Source: Escherichia coli
GTDB taxonomy: Bacteria > Pseudomonadota > Gammaproteobacteria > Enterobacterales > Enterobacteriaceae
Strand: one strand, 5' to 3'
Length of the DNA stretch: 64,000 nt
Assembly: GCF_024502345.1 (NCBI RefSeq)
Contig: NZ_JALDNN010000001.1
A model generated the notes under the pieces. That model saw only the letters and a list, made by a program, of their open reading frames with translations, was not told the origin of the DNA and searched no databases. The translations under genes were made by a program, and so were the position numbers. This document shows, piece after piece, positions 15,843 through 33,181 of this stretch (the first letter of the stretch is position 1; each line of letters begins with the position of its first letter).

Positions 15843-17173
15843 CACGCCAGTTTCAGATCCCGGGTCATGTTTTCCACGTTGTTTTCGTGGATCACCACGT
15901 TGTCTTCGATACGAATGCCGCCGAACGGTTTCAGTGCTTCAATTTTCTGCCAGTTGAAGTGCTTGCTGAACTGCCCTTCACGCCACGGTGCCAGTAGCGA
16001 TTCAATGAAGTAGATACCCGGTTCGATGGTTAACACCATACCCGGCTGGAGAATACGGGTGCAGCGCAGGTACGGATATTTTGCCGGTGCCGCGAGGTGT
16101 GTACCGCTATCATCCTGCATAAAACCGGCTACGTCATGCACCTGCAGGCCCAGCGGATGACCGATACCGTGCGGCATAAACGGTCCGGTGAGATCGTTTT
16201 CGACCATCGCTTCTTCACTCATATCGGTGATGATTTGATGTTTACGCAGCAGTTTGGCGATGCGCTGATGGAACTGGATGTGGTAATCCACATAGCTAAC
16301 GCCTGCTTTCATGGTGGCGATCAGCGCCAGTTGTTCATCATTTACGTCTTTCACCAGCTGTGCGTAGTCGTTGTCGCTTTTTGCCGACCAGGTACGAGTC
16401 AGGTCAGCCGCATAGCCGTTATATTCGGCCCCGGCATCCAGCAGGAAGCTGCGCATCTCTTCCGGTGCCTGGTGGTCCAGTTTGGTGTAATGCAGCACCG
16501 CAGCGTGTTCGTTAAGCGCCACAATGTTGCTGTAAGGTACGTCGGTATCACGATGACCGGTCGCGGTCAGATAGGCAATGTTGATATCGAACTCGCTCAT
16601 GCCAGAACGGAACGCTTCTTCTGCCGCGCGATGACCGTTGACCGCCATTTTCTGCGCTTCACGCATACAGGCCAGTTCGTACTCGGTTTTGAAGGAGCGG
16701 TAGTAATGCAGGTAGTCGATCACCCCTTTCGGGTTGATGTTGCTGGCCTCAATACCCAGTTGCAGCGCACGTTCCGGCACCGGACCGATATAACCGATAT
16801 TGCCGCGCGCAGCAGGCAGCAGGCTACCAATGCCATCGGCTTTCGGCAGCGCGATCACTTCCACATCTTCAGTCCAGAAGGAGGTCGGCAGCGGTTCGAC
16901 GTTGTGCCAGTAATCAACCGGCAGATAGAACCACAGTTTCGGCTTGTTCACGCCATCCACCAGCAACCAGCAGTTTGGCACCTGAGTTACCGGCACCCAC
17001 GCTTTGAATTGCGGGTTCACTTTAAACGGATAGGGATGATCGTCGAGAAAAACGTTGAACAGCTCGCCGGAGTGAATAAGTAATGCATCCAGCTTGAAGC
17101 GCGCCAGCGCATCGCGAGTCCGTTCTTGTAAGGTAGCTATATGATTTTTATAGAGCGAGGCCAGTGATTCCAT
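15842..17173 (-). CDS. pepQ: Xaa-Pro dipeptidase (prolidase) PepQ
   Basis: 443 aa, M24 metallopeptidase motifs. Confidence 0.9.
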
Positions 17174-17320
17174 TTTTTACCCTTCTGTTTTTTTGACCTT
17201 AAGTCTCCGCATCTTAGCACATCGTTCATCCAGAGCGTGATTTCTGCCGAGCGTGATCAGATCGGCATTTCTTTAATCTTTTATTTGCATATTTTTAACA
17301 CAAAATACAGACTTCGATGC

Positions 17321-17337
17321 ATCTGGTACGACCAGAT
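17321..17337. promoter_or_regulatory. FadR operator in the fadBA promoter
   Basis: Palindrome ATCTGGTACGACCAGAT ~25 bp upstream of the fadB start; fits the FadR consensus. Confidence 0.7.
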
Positions 17338-17362
17338 CACCTTGCGGATTCAGGAGACTGAC

Positions 17363-19552
17363 ATGCTTTACAAAGGCGACACCCTGTACCTTGACTGGCT
17401 GGAAGATGGCATTGCCGAACTGGTATTTGATGCCCCAGGTTCAGTTAATAAACTCGACACTGCGACCGTCGCCAGCCTCGGCGAGGCCATCGGCGTGCTG
17501 GAACAGCAATCAGATCTAAAAGGGCTGCTGCTGCGTTCGAACAAAGCAGCCTTTATCGTCGGTGCTGATATCACCGAATTTTTGTCCCTGTTCCTCGTTC
17601 CTGAAGAACAGTTAAGTCAGTGGCTGCACTTTGCCAATAGCGTGTTTAATCGCCTGGAAGATCTGCCGGTGCCGACCATTGCTGCCGTCAACGGCTATGC
17701 GCTGGGTGGTGGCTGCGAATGCGTGCTGGCGACCGATTATCGTCTGGCGACGCCGGATCTGCGCATCGGTCTGCCGGAAACCAAACTGGGCATCATGCCG
17801 GGCTTTGGCGGTTCTGTACGTATGCCACGTATGCTGGGCGCTGACAGTGCGCTGGAAATCATTGCCGCCGGTAAAGATGTCGGCGCGGATCAGGCGCTGA
17901 AAATCGGTCTGGTGGATGGGGTAGTCAAAGCAGAAAAACTGGTTGAAGGCGCAAAGGCGGTTTTACGCCAGGCCATTAACGGCGACCTCGACTGGAAAGC
18001 GAAACGCCAGCCGAAGCTGGAACCGCTAAAACTGAGCAAGATTGAAGCCACCATGAGCTTCACCATCGCTAAAGGAATGGTCGCGCAAACGGCGGGGAAA
18101 CATTATCCGGCCCCCATCACCGCAGTAAAAACCATTGAAGCTGCGGCCCGTTTTGGTCGTGAAGAAGCCTTAAATCTGGAAAACAAAAGTTTTGTCCCGC
18201 TGGCGCATACCAACGAAGCTCGCGCACTGGTCGGCATTTTCCTTAACGATCAATATGTAAAAGGCAAAGCGAAGAAACTCACCAAAGACGTTGAAACCCC
18301 GAAACAGGCCGCGGTGCTGGGTGCAGGCATTATGGGCGGCGGCATCGCTTACCAGTCTGCGTGGAAAGGCGTGCCGGTTGTCATGAAAGATATCAACGAC
18401 AAGTCGTTAACCCTCGGCATGACCGAAGCCGCGAAACTGCTGAACAAGCAGCTTGAGCGCGGCAAGATCGATGGTCTGAAACTGGCTGGCGTGATCTCCA
18501 CAATCCACCCAACGCTCGACTACGCCGGGTTTGACCGCGTGGATGTTGTGGTAGAAGCGGTTGTCGAAAACCCGAAAGTGAAAAAAGCCGTACTGGCAGA
18601 AACCGAACAAAAAGTACGCCCGGATACCGTGCTGGCGTCTAACACTTCAACCATTCCTATCAGCGAACTGGCCAACGCGCTGGAACGCCCGGAAAACTTC
18701 TGCGGAATGCACTTTTTTAACCCGGTACACCGGATGCCGTTGGTAGAAATTATTCGCGGCGAGAAAAGCTCCGACGAAACCATCGCGAAAGTTGTCGCCT
18801 GGGCGAGCAAGATGGGCAAGACGCCGATTGTGGTTAACGACTGCCCCGGCTTCTTTGTTAACCGCGTGCTGTTCCCGTATTTCGCCGGTTTCAGCCAGCT
18901 GCTGCGCGACGGCGCGGATTTCCGCAAGATCGACAAAGTGATGGAAAAACAGTTTGGCTGGCCTATGGGTCCGACATATCTGCTGGATGTCGTGGGCATT
19001 GATACCGCGCATCACGCTCAGGCTGTCATGGCAGCAGGCTTCCCGCAGCGGATGCAGAAAGATTACCGCGATGCCATCGACGCGCTGTTTGATGCCAACC
19101 GCTTTGGTCAGAAGAACGGCCTCGGTTTCTGGCGTTATAAAGAAGACAGCAAAGGTAAGCCGAAGAAAGAAGAAGACGCCGCCGTTGAAGACCTGCTGGC
19201 AGAAGTGAGCCAGCCGAAGCGCGATTTCAGCGAAGAAGAGATTATCGCCCGCATGATGATCCCGATGGTCAACGAAGTGGTGCGCTGTCTGGAGGAAGGC
19301 ATTATCGCCACTCCGGCGGAAGCGGATATGGCGCTGGTCTACGGCCTGGGCTTCCCTCCGTTCCACGGCGGCGCGTTCCGCTGGCTGGACACCCTCGGTA
19401 GCGCAAAATACCTCGATATGGCACAGCAATATCAGCACCTCGGCCCGCTGTATGAAGTGCCGGAAGGTCTGCGTAATAAAGCGCGTCATAACGAACCGTA
19501 CTATCCTCCGGTTGAGCCAGCCCGTCCGGTTGGCGACCTGAAAACGGCTTAA
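17363..19552 (+). CDS. fadB: fatty-acid oxidation complex alpha subunit (enoyl-CoA hydratase / 3-hydroxyacyl-CoA dehydrogenase)
   Basis: ORF 17237..19552; the real start is [12 protein letters not shown] at 17363 (729 aa). Confidence 0.95.
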   Translation: MLYKGDTLYLDWLEDGIAELVFDAPGSVNKLDTATVASLGEAIGVLEQQSDLKGLLLRSNKAAFIVGADITEFLSLFLVPEEQLSQWLHFANSVFNRLEDLPVPTIAAVNGYALGGGCECVLATDYRLATPDLRIGLPETKLGIMPGFGGSVRMPRMLGADSALEIIAAGKDVGADQALKIGLVDGVVKAEKLVEGAKAVLRQAINGDLDWKAKRQPKLEPLKLSKIEATMSFTIAKGMVAQTAGKHYPAPITAVKTIEAAARFGREEALNLENKSFVPLAHTNEARALVGIFLNDQYVKGKAKKLTKDVETPKQAAVLGAGIMGGGIAYQSAWKGVPVVMKDINDKSLTLGMTEAAKLLNKQLERGKIDGLKLAGVISTIHPTLDYAGFDRVDVVVEAVVENPKVKKAVLAETEQKVRPDTVLASNTSTIPISELANALERPENFCGMHFFNPVHRMPLVEIIRGEKSSDETIAKVVAWASKMGKTPIVVNDCPGFFVNRVLFPYFAGFSQLLRDGADFRKIDKVMEKQFGWPMGPTYLLDVVGIDTAHHAQAVMAAGFPQRMQKDYRDAIDALFDANRFGQKNGLGFWRYKEDSKGKPKKEEDAAVEDLLAEVSQPKRDFSEEEIIARMMIPMVNEVVRCLEEGIIATPAEADMALVYGLGFPPFHGGAFRWLDTLGSAKYLDMAQQYQHLGPLYEVPEGLRNKARHNEPYYPPVEPARPVGDLKTA

Positions 19553-20725
<1,173 letters not shown>

Positions 20726-20731
20726 CCACTT

Positions 20732-20845
20732 GCCGGATGCGGCGTGAACGCCTTATCCGGTCTACCGATCCGGCACCAATGTAGGCCTGATAAGACGCGC
20801 CAGCGTCGCATCAGGCGTCGTGCACCAATTGCCGGATGCGACATA
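20732..20845. repeat. BIME (cluster of REP palindromes)
   Basis: Several gccggatgcggcgtgaacgccttatccgg / gcctgataagacgcgccagcgtcgcatcaggc units in alternating orientation. Confidence 0.75.
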
Positions 20846-20884
20846 GATCTAAATGCCACTGAATAAAGTTTTAGTTGCCGTTCT

Positions 20885-20911
20885 TCCCGCCTGTCAGGGG
20901 CGGGTTTTTTT
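20885..20911 (+). terminator. rho-independent terminator between fadA and fre
   Basis: cccgcctgtcaggggcggg hairpin followed by a T7 run. Confidence 0.7.
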
Positions 20912-20916
20912 ATATC

Positions 20917-21618
20917 TCAGATAAATGCAAACGCATCGCCAAACAGGCGATCTTCCCGCGCATTACGCTCACTGCAAAACAGGTCACGGGCAATTTTCGC
21001 CATCTCAAAACGTCCGGCAATATAGATATCATGCTCTGCCAGCGTACCATGATCCTGCAATACCGCCGTTAACACGGTACCAGTACGCCCACGCCAGCCT
21101 GCTTCCGGTTGTTCAACCACCGGCACCACTTGCAGACCAGGGTGCTTTAGCGAAAGCGCCTCAAGCTCGCAGAGATCATACAGATGTTGCTCTTCACGCC
21201 CGCCCCAGTAAATGGTGATATCGCGATTGGGATTACGCGCCAACGCCGTCAATAAAATCGAGCGCGCATAGGAGAACCCGGTGCCGCCCGCAATCAAAAT
21301 CATCGGACGCTCTTCATCATCGCGCAGCCACGCTTCTCCGTGGGGAATATCGACCACGATTTGATGATCTTTGAGGATGCGGTCCATGACTGCTTTCGCG
21401 TAAAGGTTGATTTCAGAAGCGCCAATATGCAGCTCGATAAACCCTTTTTCATCCGGCGTCGAAGCCATTGAAAACGGACGTTTGTCGCGCTCATCCATCA
21501 CTACCATCAAATACTGACCAGCACGAAAAGAAAAGGCCGCGTCTGGCACGATGCGGACACGATATACGGTATCCGTGATAGCTTCTACCGAGGTCACTTT
21601 ACAGCTTAAGGTTGTCAT
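20917..21618 (-). CDS. fre: NAD(P)H-flavin reductase Fre
   Basis: ORF 20917..21651; the likely start is [14 protein letters not shown] at 21618 (233 aa). Confidence 0.9.
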
Positions 21619-21663
21619 GCGCTTTCTCTGTCGGATCGATAAATAGGGCAAAACAAACGCGCA

Positions 21664-23157
21664 TCAGGCGCTTTTACCGTTGTTAAAAATAGCCAGTTCA
21701 TCCCAGATGGCGTCAATATGCGCGACAACATCTGGATCTTTTTTGATGGGACGTCCCCATTCACGCTGGGTTTCCCCCGGCCATTTATTCGTGGCATCCA
21801 GCCCCATTTTTGAACCCAGCCCGGAGACAGGCGAGGCAAAATCCAGATAATCAATAGGCGTATTTTCTACCAGAACAGTATCCCGCGCCGGGTCCATACG
21901 GGTGGTAATCGCCCAAATCACATCGTTCCAGTCGCGTGCGTTGACGTCATCATCGCAAACGATCACAAATTTAGTGTACATAAACTGGCGTAAGAACGAC
22001 CAGACGCCCATCATGACGCGCTTCGCGTGTCCGGCGTACTGTTTTTTGATCGTCACTACCGCCAGACGATAAGAACAGCCTTCCGGCGGCAGGTAAAAAT
22101 CGACAATTTCCGGGAACTGTTTTTGCAGAATCGGTACAAACACTTCGTTCAACGCCACGCCCAGTACCGCGGGCTCATCTGGCGGACGCCCGGTATAGGT
22201 GGAATGGTAAATCGCATCTTCACGCTGGGTAATATGCGTCACGGTAAATACCGGGAAACTATCGACTTCGTTATAGTAACCGGTGTGGTCGCCATACGGC
22301 CCTTCCGGCGCCGTTTCACCTTGTTCGATATACCCTTCCAGCACAATCTCCGCACTGGCGGGCACTTCAAGGTCATTGGAGATACACTTCACCACTTCGG
22401 TCTTGGTACCGCGCAGCAATCCGGCAAACGCATACTCTGAAAGTGTATCCGGAACGGGGGTGACTGCACCGAGAATCGTGGCGGGATCGGCACCCAGCGC
22501 CACAGAAACCGGGAAACGTTCGCCCGGATGCGCCGCACACCACTCCTGATAATCCAGCGCGCCGCCGCGATGCGACAGCCAGCGCATAATCAGTTTGTTT
22601 TTACCAATCAGCTGCTGGCGATAAATGCCCAGATTCTGCCGCTCTTTATGCGGGCCGCGCGTCACTGTCAGCCCCCAGGTAATCAGCGGCGCGGCATCTT
22701 CCGGCCAGCAGGTCATAATGGGAATGCGATTGAGATCGACGTCATCGCCAGAGACGATTTTTTGTTGGCAGGGCGCACCACGCAGCCGCTTTGTCGGCAT
22801 GTTCAATACTTGCTTAAACTGCGGCAGTTTATCAAACAGGTCGCGGAAACCTTTTGGCGGCTCCGGCTCTTTCAGAAACGCCAATAATTTACCAACTTCA
22901 CGCAGCGCCGAAACATCTTCCTGCCCCATGCCCATCGCCACGCGCTTTGGCGTACCGAACAGGTTGCACAGCACCGGCATTGAGTAGCCTTTAGGGTTTT
23001 CGAACAACAGCGCAGGCCCACCGGCACGCAAAGTGCGGTCAGCAATTTCAGTGATTTCCAGATGCGGATCCACCGGGAGCGTGATACGTTTTAGCTCACC
23101 CTGCAGTTCAAGCAGCGTCAAGAAGTCGCGTAAATCGTTATATTTCATGGCGTCCAT
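21664..23157 (-). CDS. ubiD: 3-octaprenyl-4-hydroxybenzoate decarboxylase UbiD
   Basis: 497 aa; synteny. Confidence 0.9.
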   Translation of the reverse strand: MDAMKYNDLRDFLTLLELQGELKRITLPVDPHLEITEIADRTLRAGGPALLFENPKGYSMPVLCNLFGTPKRVAMGMGQEDVSALREVGKLLAFLKEPEPPKGFRDLFDKLPQFKQVLNMPTKRLRGAPCQQKIVSGDDVDLNRIPIMTCWPEDAAPLITWGLTVTRGPHKERQNLGIYRQQLIGKNKLIMRWLSHRGGALDYQEWCAAHPGERFPVSVALGADPATILGAVTPVPDTLSEYAFAGLLRGTKTEVVKCISNDLEVPASAEIVLEGYIEQGETAPEGPYGDHTGYYNEVDSFPVFTVTHITQREDAIYHSTYTGRPPDEPAVLGVALNEVFVPILQKQFPEIVDFYLPPEGCSYRLAVVTIKKQYAGHAKRVMMGVWSFLRQFMYTKFVIVCDDDVNARDWNDVIWAITTRMDPARDTVLVENTPIDYLDFASPVSGLGSKMGLDATNKWPGETQREWGRPIKKDPDVVAHIDAIWDELAIFNNGKSA

Positions 23158-23278
23158 TGTAGCCTCTTAATCTACGCCCATTATACGGCGTTCATCTTTG
23201 CGATGCTGTAAATTTGTTAAATTAGCGTGAACTCTGACGGTATAACGCAAACCGGGGAATATAATTAACTTAGCGTAA

Positions 23279-24591
<1,313 letters not shown>

Positions 24592-24632
24592 CCTGTACTC
24601 CATATGACAACCGCCCTGACGGGCGGTTGAAT

Positions 24633-25409
24633 TTATTCTTCAGTTTTTTCGCTTTCTGCTTCAGCGTCGTTTTCCTCTTCCCGATTTCGCCCTTTACCAA
24701 CGTAAAAGCGTGAGAAGAAGACACCGATTTCAAACAGACAGTACATCGGGATCGCCAACAGCGTTTGCGAGAAGACATCCGGCGGCGTCAGCAACATCCC
24801 GACAACGAATGCACCAACCAGCACATACGGGCGTTTTTTGCGTAAGTCTTCTGGCGAGGTAATCCCCATCCAGCACAGCAGCACTATTGCCACAGGCACT
24901 TCAAAGGAGACACCAAACGCCATAAACAACGCCATAACGAAGCTTAAATAACTGGCGATGTCGGTGGATACCTGTACCCCTTCCGGCGCGGTATTGGCAA
25001 GGAAGCCAAATGCCAGCGGAAAGACCACAAAGTAGGCGAACGCCATACCGATATAAAACAGCAGAGAGCTGGAAACCAGCAGCGGCACCACCAGGCGACG
25101 CTCATGCTTATACAGCGCTGGGGCGATAAATGCCCACACCTGATAGAGAATCACCGGCGCTGACAGAATCAGCGACACCATAAAGGTCAGTTTGATCGGC
25201 GTAAAGAACGGCGAGGCCACGTCGGTGGCGATCATCGTTGAACCTTGCGGCAACTGCTTGATCAATGGCGCGGATACCAGGTGATAGATGTCATTGGCGA
25301 AATAGACCAGACACAGGAATATCACGATCACCGCGATAATGCAGTTCAGCAGACGCTTACGCAGCTCAATCAGATGCGTGATAAGCGGTTGAGTATCTTC
25401 TACAGACAT
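24633..25409 (-). CDS. tatC: twin-arginine translocase subunit TatC
   Basis: 258-aa polytopic membrane protein. Confidence 0.95.
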
Positions 25410-25411
25410 GT

Positions 25412-25927
25412 TTACGGTTTATCACTCGACGAAGGGGAAGGTGCAGCGGTTTTCGGTTCAGCGTCCGCAGCAGGTTTTACCACCGGCTCTGGCGTGGTTT
25501 CTGGCTTCTGTTCCGGCGAACTGGCCTGCGTTTGTGCAGCGGCAGGCGTTACGCCTTCATGCGCAGCTTCATTGTCTTTCACCACCGGGTTATGGATGGT
25601 GTGCGCTTCATCGCTCGCCTTTTCAGGATCGTTTGCAACGTAGGAACGCTTCATCGACTCCGCGGCCTGGCGTAATTCATCCATCGACGCTTTCAGTTCG
25701 GGCGTCAGGTTAGTGAGGCTCGCCTTTTCAACCTTTTTCAGACTGTCCTGAAACTCCTGGAGTTTTAACTCCTGGGTCAGTTCGTTCTGCACCGTTGTCG
25801 CCAGTGAACGCAACGCGCGAATCCAGCCCGCTACCGTTTTTACCGCCACAGGCAGTCGTTGCGGCCCCAGAACGACGAGGCCGATGATGAACACCAATAG
25901 CAGTTCGCTAAAACCGATATCAAACAC
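25412..25927 (-). CDS. tatB: twin-arginine translocase subunit TatB
   Basis: 171 aa, begins [26 protein letters not shown]. Confidence 0.95.
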
Positions 25928-25930
25928 GGA

Positions 25931-26200
25931 TTACACCTGCTCTTTATCGTGGCGCTTCGCGTCTTCTGTTTTAGCCTGTTCCTGATTCGTATCCGCCTGC
26001 TTATCGGCGATAGTTTTCGCAGTAAAATCAGCATCCTGACTGGTTTTATCCTGCTTTGGTTCATCATCGCTCATTGCTTTTTTAAAGCCTTTGATCGACG
26101 CACCAAGATCGGAACCGATGGAGCCGAGCTTTTTGGTGCCAAAAAGCAGTACAACGATGACGGCAATAATCAATAACTGCCAAATACTGATACCACCCAT
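25931..26200 (-). CDS. tatA: twin-arginine translocase subunit TatA
   Basis: ORF 25931..26242; the start is [16 protein letters not shown] at 26200 (89 aa). Confidence 0.95.
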   Translation of the reverse strand: MGGISIWQLLIIAVIVVLLFGTKKLGSIGSDLGASIKGFKKAMSDDEPKQDKTSQDADFTAKTIADKQADTNQEQAKTEDAKRHDKEQV

Positions 26201-26278
26201 ACATGTTCCTCTGTGGTAGATGATGATTAAACAAAGCCGCATTATACGTTACACGGCCCGCCTTGAGCGATGAAAAAA

Positions 26279-28521
<2,243 letters not shown>

Positions 28522-28534
28522 TTCCGGTCTCCTG

Positions 28535-29290
28535 TCAGAACTTATAACCACGATGCAGCGCCACAACCCCTGCCGTCAGATTGTAGTAGTCGACACTTTC
28601 GAATCCGGCATCCTGCATCATGGCTTTCAGGGTATCCTGATCGGGATGCATACGGATGGATTCTGCCAGATAACGGTAGCTGTCGGCGTCGTTCGCGACC
28701 AGTGAGCCAATACGCGGCAGCACATGGAAGGAGTATGCATCATAGGCTTTGCTCAGCGGCTCGATAATTGGCTTCGAGAACTCAAGCACCAGCAGGCGGC
28801 CGCCGGGTTTCAGCACGCGATACATTGAACGCAGTGCTTTATCTTTGTCGGTGACGTTACGCAGACCAAACGAAATGGTGATGCAATCAAAGGTGTTATC
28901 CGGGAACGGCAGCGCCTCAGCGTTCGCCTGAACATACTCAACGTTGCCAATCACACCGATATTACGCAGCTTCTCGCGGCCCATTTTGAGCATGGATTCA
29001 TTGATATCAGCAAGGACCACTTTGCCAGTTTCTCCGACCAGGCGGGAGAATTTCGCTGTCAGGTCGCCGGTGCCACCAGCCAGATCCAGCACGGTCTGCC
29101 CACGGCGTACGCCGCTGCAATCAATCGTGAATCGCTTCCACAAACGATGAATACCAAATGACATCAAATCATTCATGACATCGTATTTTGATGCCACGGA
29201 ATGGAAAACGTGGGCGACCATATCCGCTTTTTGTTCCTTCGCGACGGTCTGAAAACCAAAGTGCGTCGTTTCTTGTGACTTATCCACCAT
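28535..29290 (-). CDS. ubiE: ubiquinone/menaquinone C-methyltransferase UbiE
   Basis: 251 aa, SAM-binding motif LDLAGGTGD. Confidence 0.95.
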
Positions 29291-29384
29291 CTCAATGCCT
29301 GCTCATCAAAAAATTGTTCCAGAAGTGTAACAGATTGGGCGTCGATGCCCTAGATTTCTACCCGGCTTAACTACTCCCAATGGG

Positions 29385-30812
29385 CTAGCGCGACTGCTGA
29401 TTATATTCATCATCGCGTTGATAAGCTTCATCATTCGGCTGCTCCGGAACCGACCGAAGTCGATACTCTTCATCCTGGCTCACCGCCTGTTCAGCCAAAT
29501 CCGGATTAATCTCGCGTTTAATTTCTACTCCTAAACCGCGAAACGCTTCTGCCTGCGCCAGCACATTTCCGCGACCTGAAGAGAGTTTTTTCATTGCCTG
29601 GCGGTAGTTATCCTGCGCTTTGTCGAGACTTTGACCAATCGCTGACATGTCATCGATGAACAAACGCATCTTGTCGTACAGCTTGCTGGCACGATCGGCG
29701 ATTTGCTGGGCGTTGCGGCTTTGATGCTCATAACGCCACAGGTTGGCGATAGTGCGCAGCGCCACCAGCAGCGTAGTCGGGCTAACCAGCATGATATTGT
29801 TTTTCAACGCTTCGGTGATCAGCTCCGGCTGGCGGTCAAGCGCCAGTAAAAAAGCGGGTTCAACGGGAATAAACATCAGCACGTAATCCAGAGTTCGCAG
29901 CCCCGGCAGCTGTTGATAATCTTTGCGTCCCAGCAAACGGATATGGTTACGCACCGACGCGATATGTTCCTGTAGCGCGCTTTCGCGGGTGTAGTCGTCT
30001 TCGGCGTTAAAATAGCGTTCATAGGCGACCAGCGTCATTTTGGCGTCGATCACCACATCTTTTCCCTGCGGCAGCCGCACGATGACATCCGGCTGCATCC
30101 GCGAGCGGGCGTCATTTTCGATGCTGACCTGGGTTTCATATTCATACCCTTCACGCAGACCGGAAGCCTCCAGCACCCGCGTCAATACTACCTCGCCCCA
30201 GTTGCCCTGGGTTTTATTGTCGCCTTTCAGCGCGCGCGTCAGGTTGATCGCTTCCTGGGCCATTTGCGCGTTGAGTTGCTGGAGATTGCGAATTTCGTGG
30301 GTCAGGGTATGGCGTTCTTGTGCTTCTTTACCGAAGCTGTCCTGAACCTGACGGCGGAAACCGTCCAGTTGTTCACGTAGCGGCGACAACAGGCTGTTCA
30401 GACTCTGACGGTTTTGCTCATCAACCCGGCGATTGCTGTGCTCAAAAATACGGTTGGCGAGGTTTTCAAACTGCTCACTGAGGCGCTGCTCGCTGTTAAT
30501 CATCTGGCGAATTTTATCGTCAGCATGTTGCTGTGCGGCTTCCATCCGCGTGGTTACTTCACGCAGATCGGCCTCCAGAGAGGTGTTAATACTTTGCAGG
30601 CTGCGCACTTCGTTATTGAGTAACTCGCACTCTGCACGCCAGTGCTCGCTTTGGGTAATTTGTTGTTTTGCCGCGCTTAACTCCGCGACCATCTCTTCAC
30701 GTTCAGCTAATTGCTCGGCTTTTTGCTGCGCATGTTGATAACTGGCAAACAGCCAGCCAATTGCCACACCCACCAACGCAATAACTGCGTAAACCATGAT
30801 TGAGAAATCCAC
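29385..30812 (-). CDS. rmuC: DNA recombination protein RmuC
   Basis: 475 aa, N-terminal TM then coiled coil. Confidence 0.9.
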   Translation of the reverse strand: MDFSIMVYAVIALVGVAIGWLFASYQHAQQKAEQLAEREEMVAELSAAKQQITQSEHWRAECELLNNEVRSLQSINTSLEADLREVTTRMEAAQQHADDKIRQMINSEQRLSEQFENLANRIFEHSNRRVDEQNRQSLNSLLSPLREQLDGFRRQVQDSFGKEAQERHTLTHEIRNLQQLNAQMAQEAINLTRALKGDNKTQGNWGEVVLTRVLEASGLREGYEYETQVSIENDARSRMQPDVIVRLPQGKDVVIDAKMTLVAYERYFNAEDDYTRESALQEHIASVRNHIRLLGRKDYQQLPGLRTLDYVLMFIPVEPAFLLALDRQPELITEALKNNIMLVSPTTLLVALRTIANLWRYEHQSRNAQQIADRASKLYDKMRLFIDDMSAIGQSLDKAQDNYRQAMKKLSSGRGNVLAQAEAFRGLGVEIKREINPDLAEQAVSQDEEYRLRSVPEQPNDEAYQRDDEYNQQSR

Positions 30813-30952
30813 AACGCCTCCTGACGCAACAACTTACCCGCACAAAATAGAATTGTGCTGTACAAACGTCCAGTTGGAAAGGCATTTCCTGCGAGGCGCT
30901 ACGCAAAAATACAAAAGGCCGAACGCGTCGGCCTTCAGACAGGAGAAGAGAA

Positions 30953-31714
30953 TTACAGCAGACGACGCGCCGCTTCCACCACGATTTTCACCGCTTGGCT
31001 TTCAGTTTGTTTCATCGTCTCAGCATTCGGGATCTCTTGCTGGGTGCGGTTAACGATAACACCCGCTACCATACCGGCACGCAGGCCCTGACTTGCACAC
31101 ATGGTCAGCAGGGTTGCAGATTCCATTTCATAGTTCATTACGCCCATCGCCTGCCACTCTTCCATAGAACCTTTAAAGTGACGAACTACGCGACCAGAGT
31201 AAGTATCGTAACGTTCCTGACCTGGGTAGAAGGTATCAGAAGAAGCTGTCACGCCAACGTGAGTTGTCGCGCCAATGGATTTCGCAGCTTCAACCAGCGC
31301 AGTCGTACATTCGAAATCAGCGACAGCCGGGAATTCCAGCGGTGCGAAGTGCAGGCTCGCGCCATCCAGACGGACAGACGCCGTGGTAACCAGGACATCA
31401 CCCACATTAATATGCGGCTGAATAGCGCCCGTTGTACCGATACGCAGGAAGGTGCGAATGCCCAGCTGTGCCAGCTCTTCAACAGCAATAGAGGTAGACG
31501 GGCCGCCGATACCGGTAGAGCAGACGATAACAGGTTTACCATCCAGCTCTGCACGCCAGGTAGTGAATTCGCGGTGAGATGCCAGCTTAACCGGCTTATC
31601 CATCAGCGCGGCGATCTTTTCCACACGATCCGGGTCGCCAGGGACGATGGCAAGCGTAGCCCCTTGTAAATCGTTTTTAGTGAGGCCGAGATGAAAAACA
31701 TCAGACTTGGACAT
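30953..31714 (-). CDS. udp: uridine phosphorylase
   Basis: ORF 30953..31720; the start is [13 protein letters not shown] at 31714 (253 aa). Confidence 0.95.
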   Translation of the reverse strand: MSKSDVFHLGLTKNDLQGATLAIVPGDPDRVEKIAALMDKPVKLASHREFTTWRAELDGKPVIVCSTGIGGPSTSIAVEELAQLGIRTFLRIGTTGAIQPHINVGDVLVTTASVRLDGASLHFAPLEFPAVADFECTTALVEAAKSIGATTHVGVTASSDTFYPGQERYDTYSGRVVRHFKGSMEEWQAMGVMNYEMESATLLTMCASQGLRAGMVAGVIVNRTQQEIPNAETMKQTESQAVKIVVEAARRLL

Positions 31715-31975
31715 ATACAACTCCTCTGTGAATCGGTTTAGTCAGAAGAAGCAAAAAGACACTTTACCGAAGGGTTTAACATTTTTTCGTGATACTCATC
31801 ACCATGACGCAAATGCGTTGCATAAATTTACCCACCAAAAGTGATGCAAATCACATAAATCACTCTTCATTCTGCAGGACTGCATAAAAGATGAGCCGAT
31901 TCAGGCAATGTGATTTGTTGCATGCTGACTATAGTTAACATTGCGCAACATTTTTATAAGGGTACGGAGAATACC

Positions 31976-32788
31976 ATGGCAACAACACAACAATCTGGAT
32001 TTGCACCTGCTGCATCGCCTCTCGCTTCGACCATCGTTCAGACCCCGGACGACGCGATTGTGGCGGGCTTCACCTCTATCCCTTCACAAGGGGATAACAT
32101 GCCTGCTTACCATGCCAGACCAAAGCAAAGCGATGGCCCACTGCCAGTGGTCATTGTAGTGCAGGAAATTTTTGGCGTGCATGAACATATCCGCGACATT
32201 TGTCGCCGTCTGGCGCTGGAGGGGTATCTGGCTATCGCACCTGAACTTTACTTCCGCGAAGGCGATCCGAATGATTTTGCCGATATCCCCACGTTGCTTA
32301 GCGGTCTGGTAGCAAAAGTGCCTGACTCGCAGGTGCTGGCCGATCTCGATCATGTCGCCAGTTGGGCTTCCCGCAACGGCGGCGATGTTCATCGTTTAAT
32401 GATCACCGGATTCTGCTGGGGTGGACGTATCACCTGGCTGTATGCCGCGCATAATCCACAGCTAAAAGCCGCAGTGGCGTGGTACGGCAAACTGACGGGC
32501 GACAAGTCGTTGAATTCACCGAAACAACCTGTTGATATCGCAACCGATCTTAACGCGCCGGTTCTCGGCTTATATGGCGGTCTGGATAACAGTATTCCGC
32601 AGGAGAGCGTTGAAACCATGCGCCAGGCGCTGCGGGCTGCTAATGCGAAAGCAGAGATTATCGTGTACCCGGATGCCGGGCATGCATTCAACGCTGATTA
32701 TCGCCCGAGCTATCATGCCGAATCTGCGAAAGATGGCTGGCAGCGTATGCTGGAATGGTTTAAGCAGTATGGTGGGAAGCGGAGTTAG
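31976..32788 (+). CDS. ysgA: dienelactone hydrolase-family protein YsgA
   Basis: ORF 31910..32788; the start is MATTQQSGF at 31976; alpha/beta hydrolase motif GFCWGG. Confidence 0.85.
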   Translation: MATTQQSGFAPAASPLASTIVQTPDDAIVAGFTSIPSQGDNMPAYHARPKQSDGPLPVVIVVQEIFGVHEHIRDICRRLALEGYLAIAPELYFREGDPNDFADIPTLLSGLVAKVPDSQVLADLDHVASWASRNGGDVHRLMITGFCWGGRITWLYAAHNPQLKAAVAWYGKLTGDKSLNSPKQPVDIATDLNAPVLGLYGGLDNSIPQESVETMRQALRAANAKAEIIVYPDAGHAFNADYRPSYHAESAKDGWQRMLEWFKQYGGKRS

Positions 32789-33181
32789 TTTCCTCTTAGT
32801 CTATATTTGAGATGGTGAGTGAACGAGTGCGTTTTGCTGCCATCTCTGTCCCCCAAAAAATAATCAGTATGAATTGATTGGAGATTACGACTCCGCTATT
32901 TGACCTTAAAAAAGTCGGCAAGTCATAGTCATAAATGAGTCTCTTCAATGGAAGACACCTTAGAGATTTACCATCAACTCCCATTCACAAACAAACATTA
33001 ATTATTATCAACACATTCACATTAATTATAAATCATCTCAGACCTTCCTGATAAAAAGATATTAAAGTGAAACATTTTGTTTTTCACATTTTAGTTCATC
33101 ACTTTTAGGCGTAAATAAAGGTAAAAAAAACAACAATACTATTTCTCTTTCACAAAAGAATTAACAAAAGGTTTTTCAAGG

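Noticed and set aside
16097-17083. 328-aa plus-strand ORF antisense to pepQ
   Set aside because: It overlaps a well-supported gene completely on the opposite strand; long antisense ORFs are common in GC-rich coding DNA.
32789-33181. A small gene in the AT-rich ysgA-Hcp spacer
   Set aside because: No convincing ORF or ribosome-binding site; the segment is most simply the promoter/leader region of the Hcp-fused gene.
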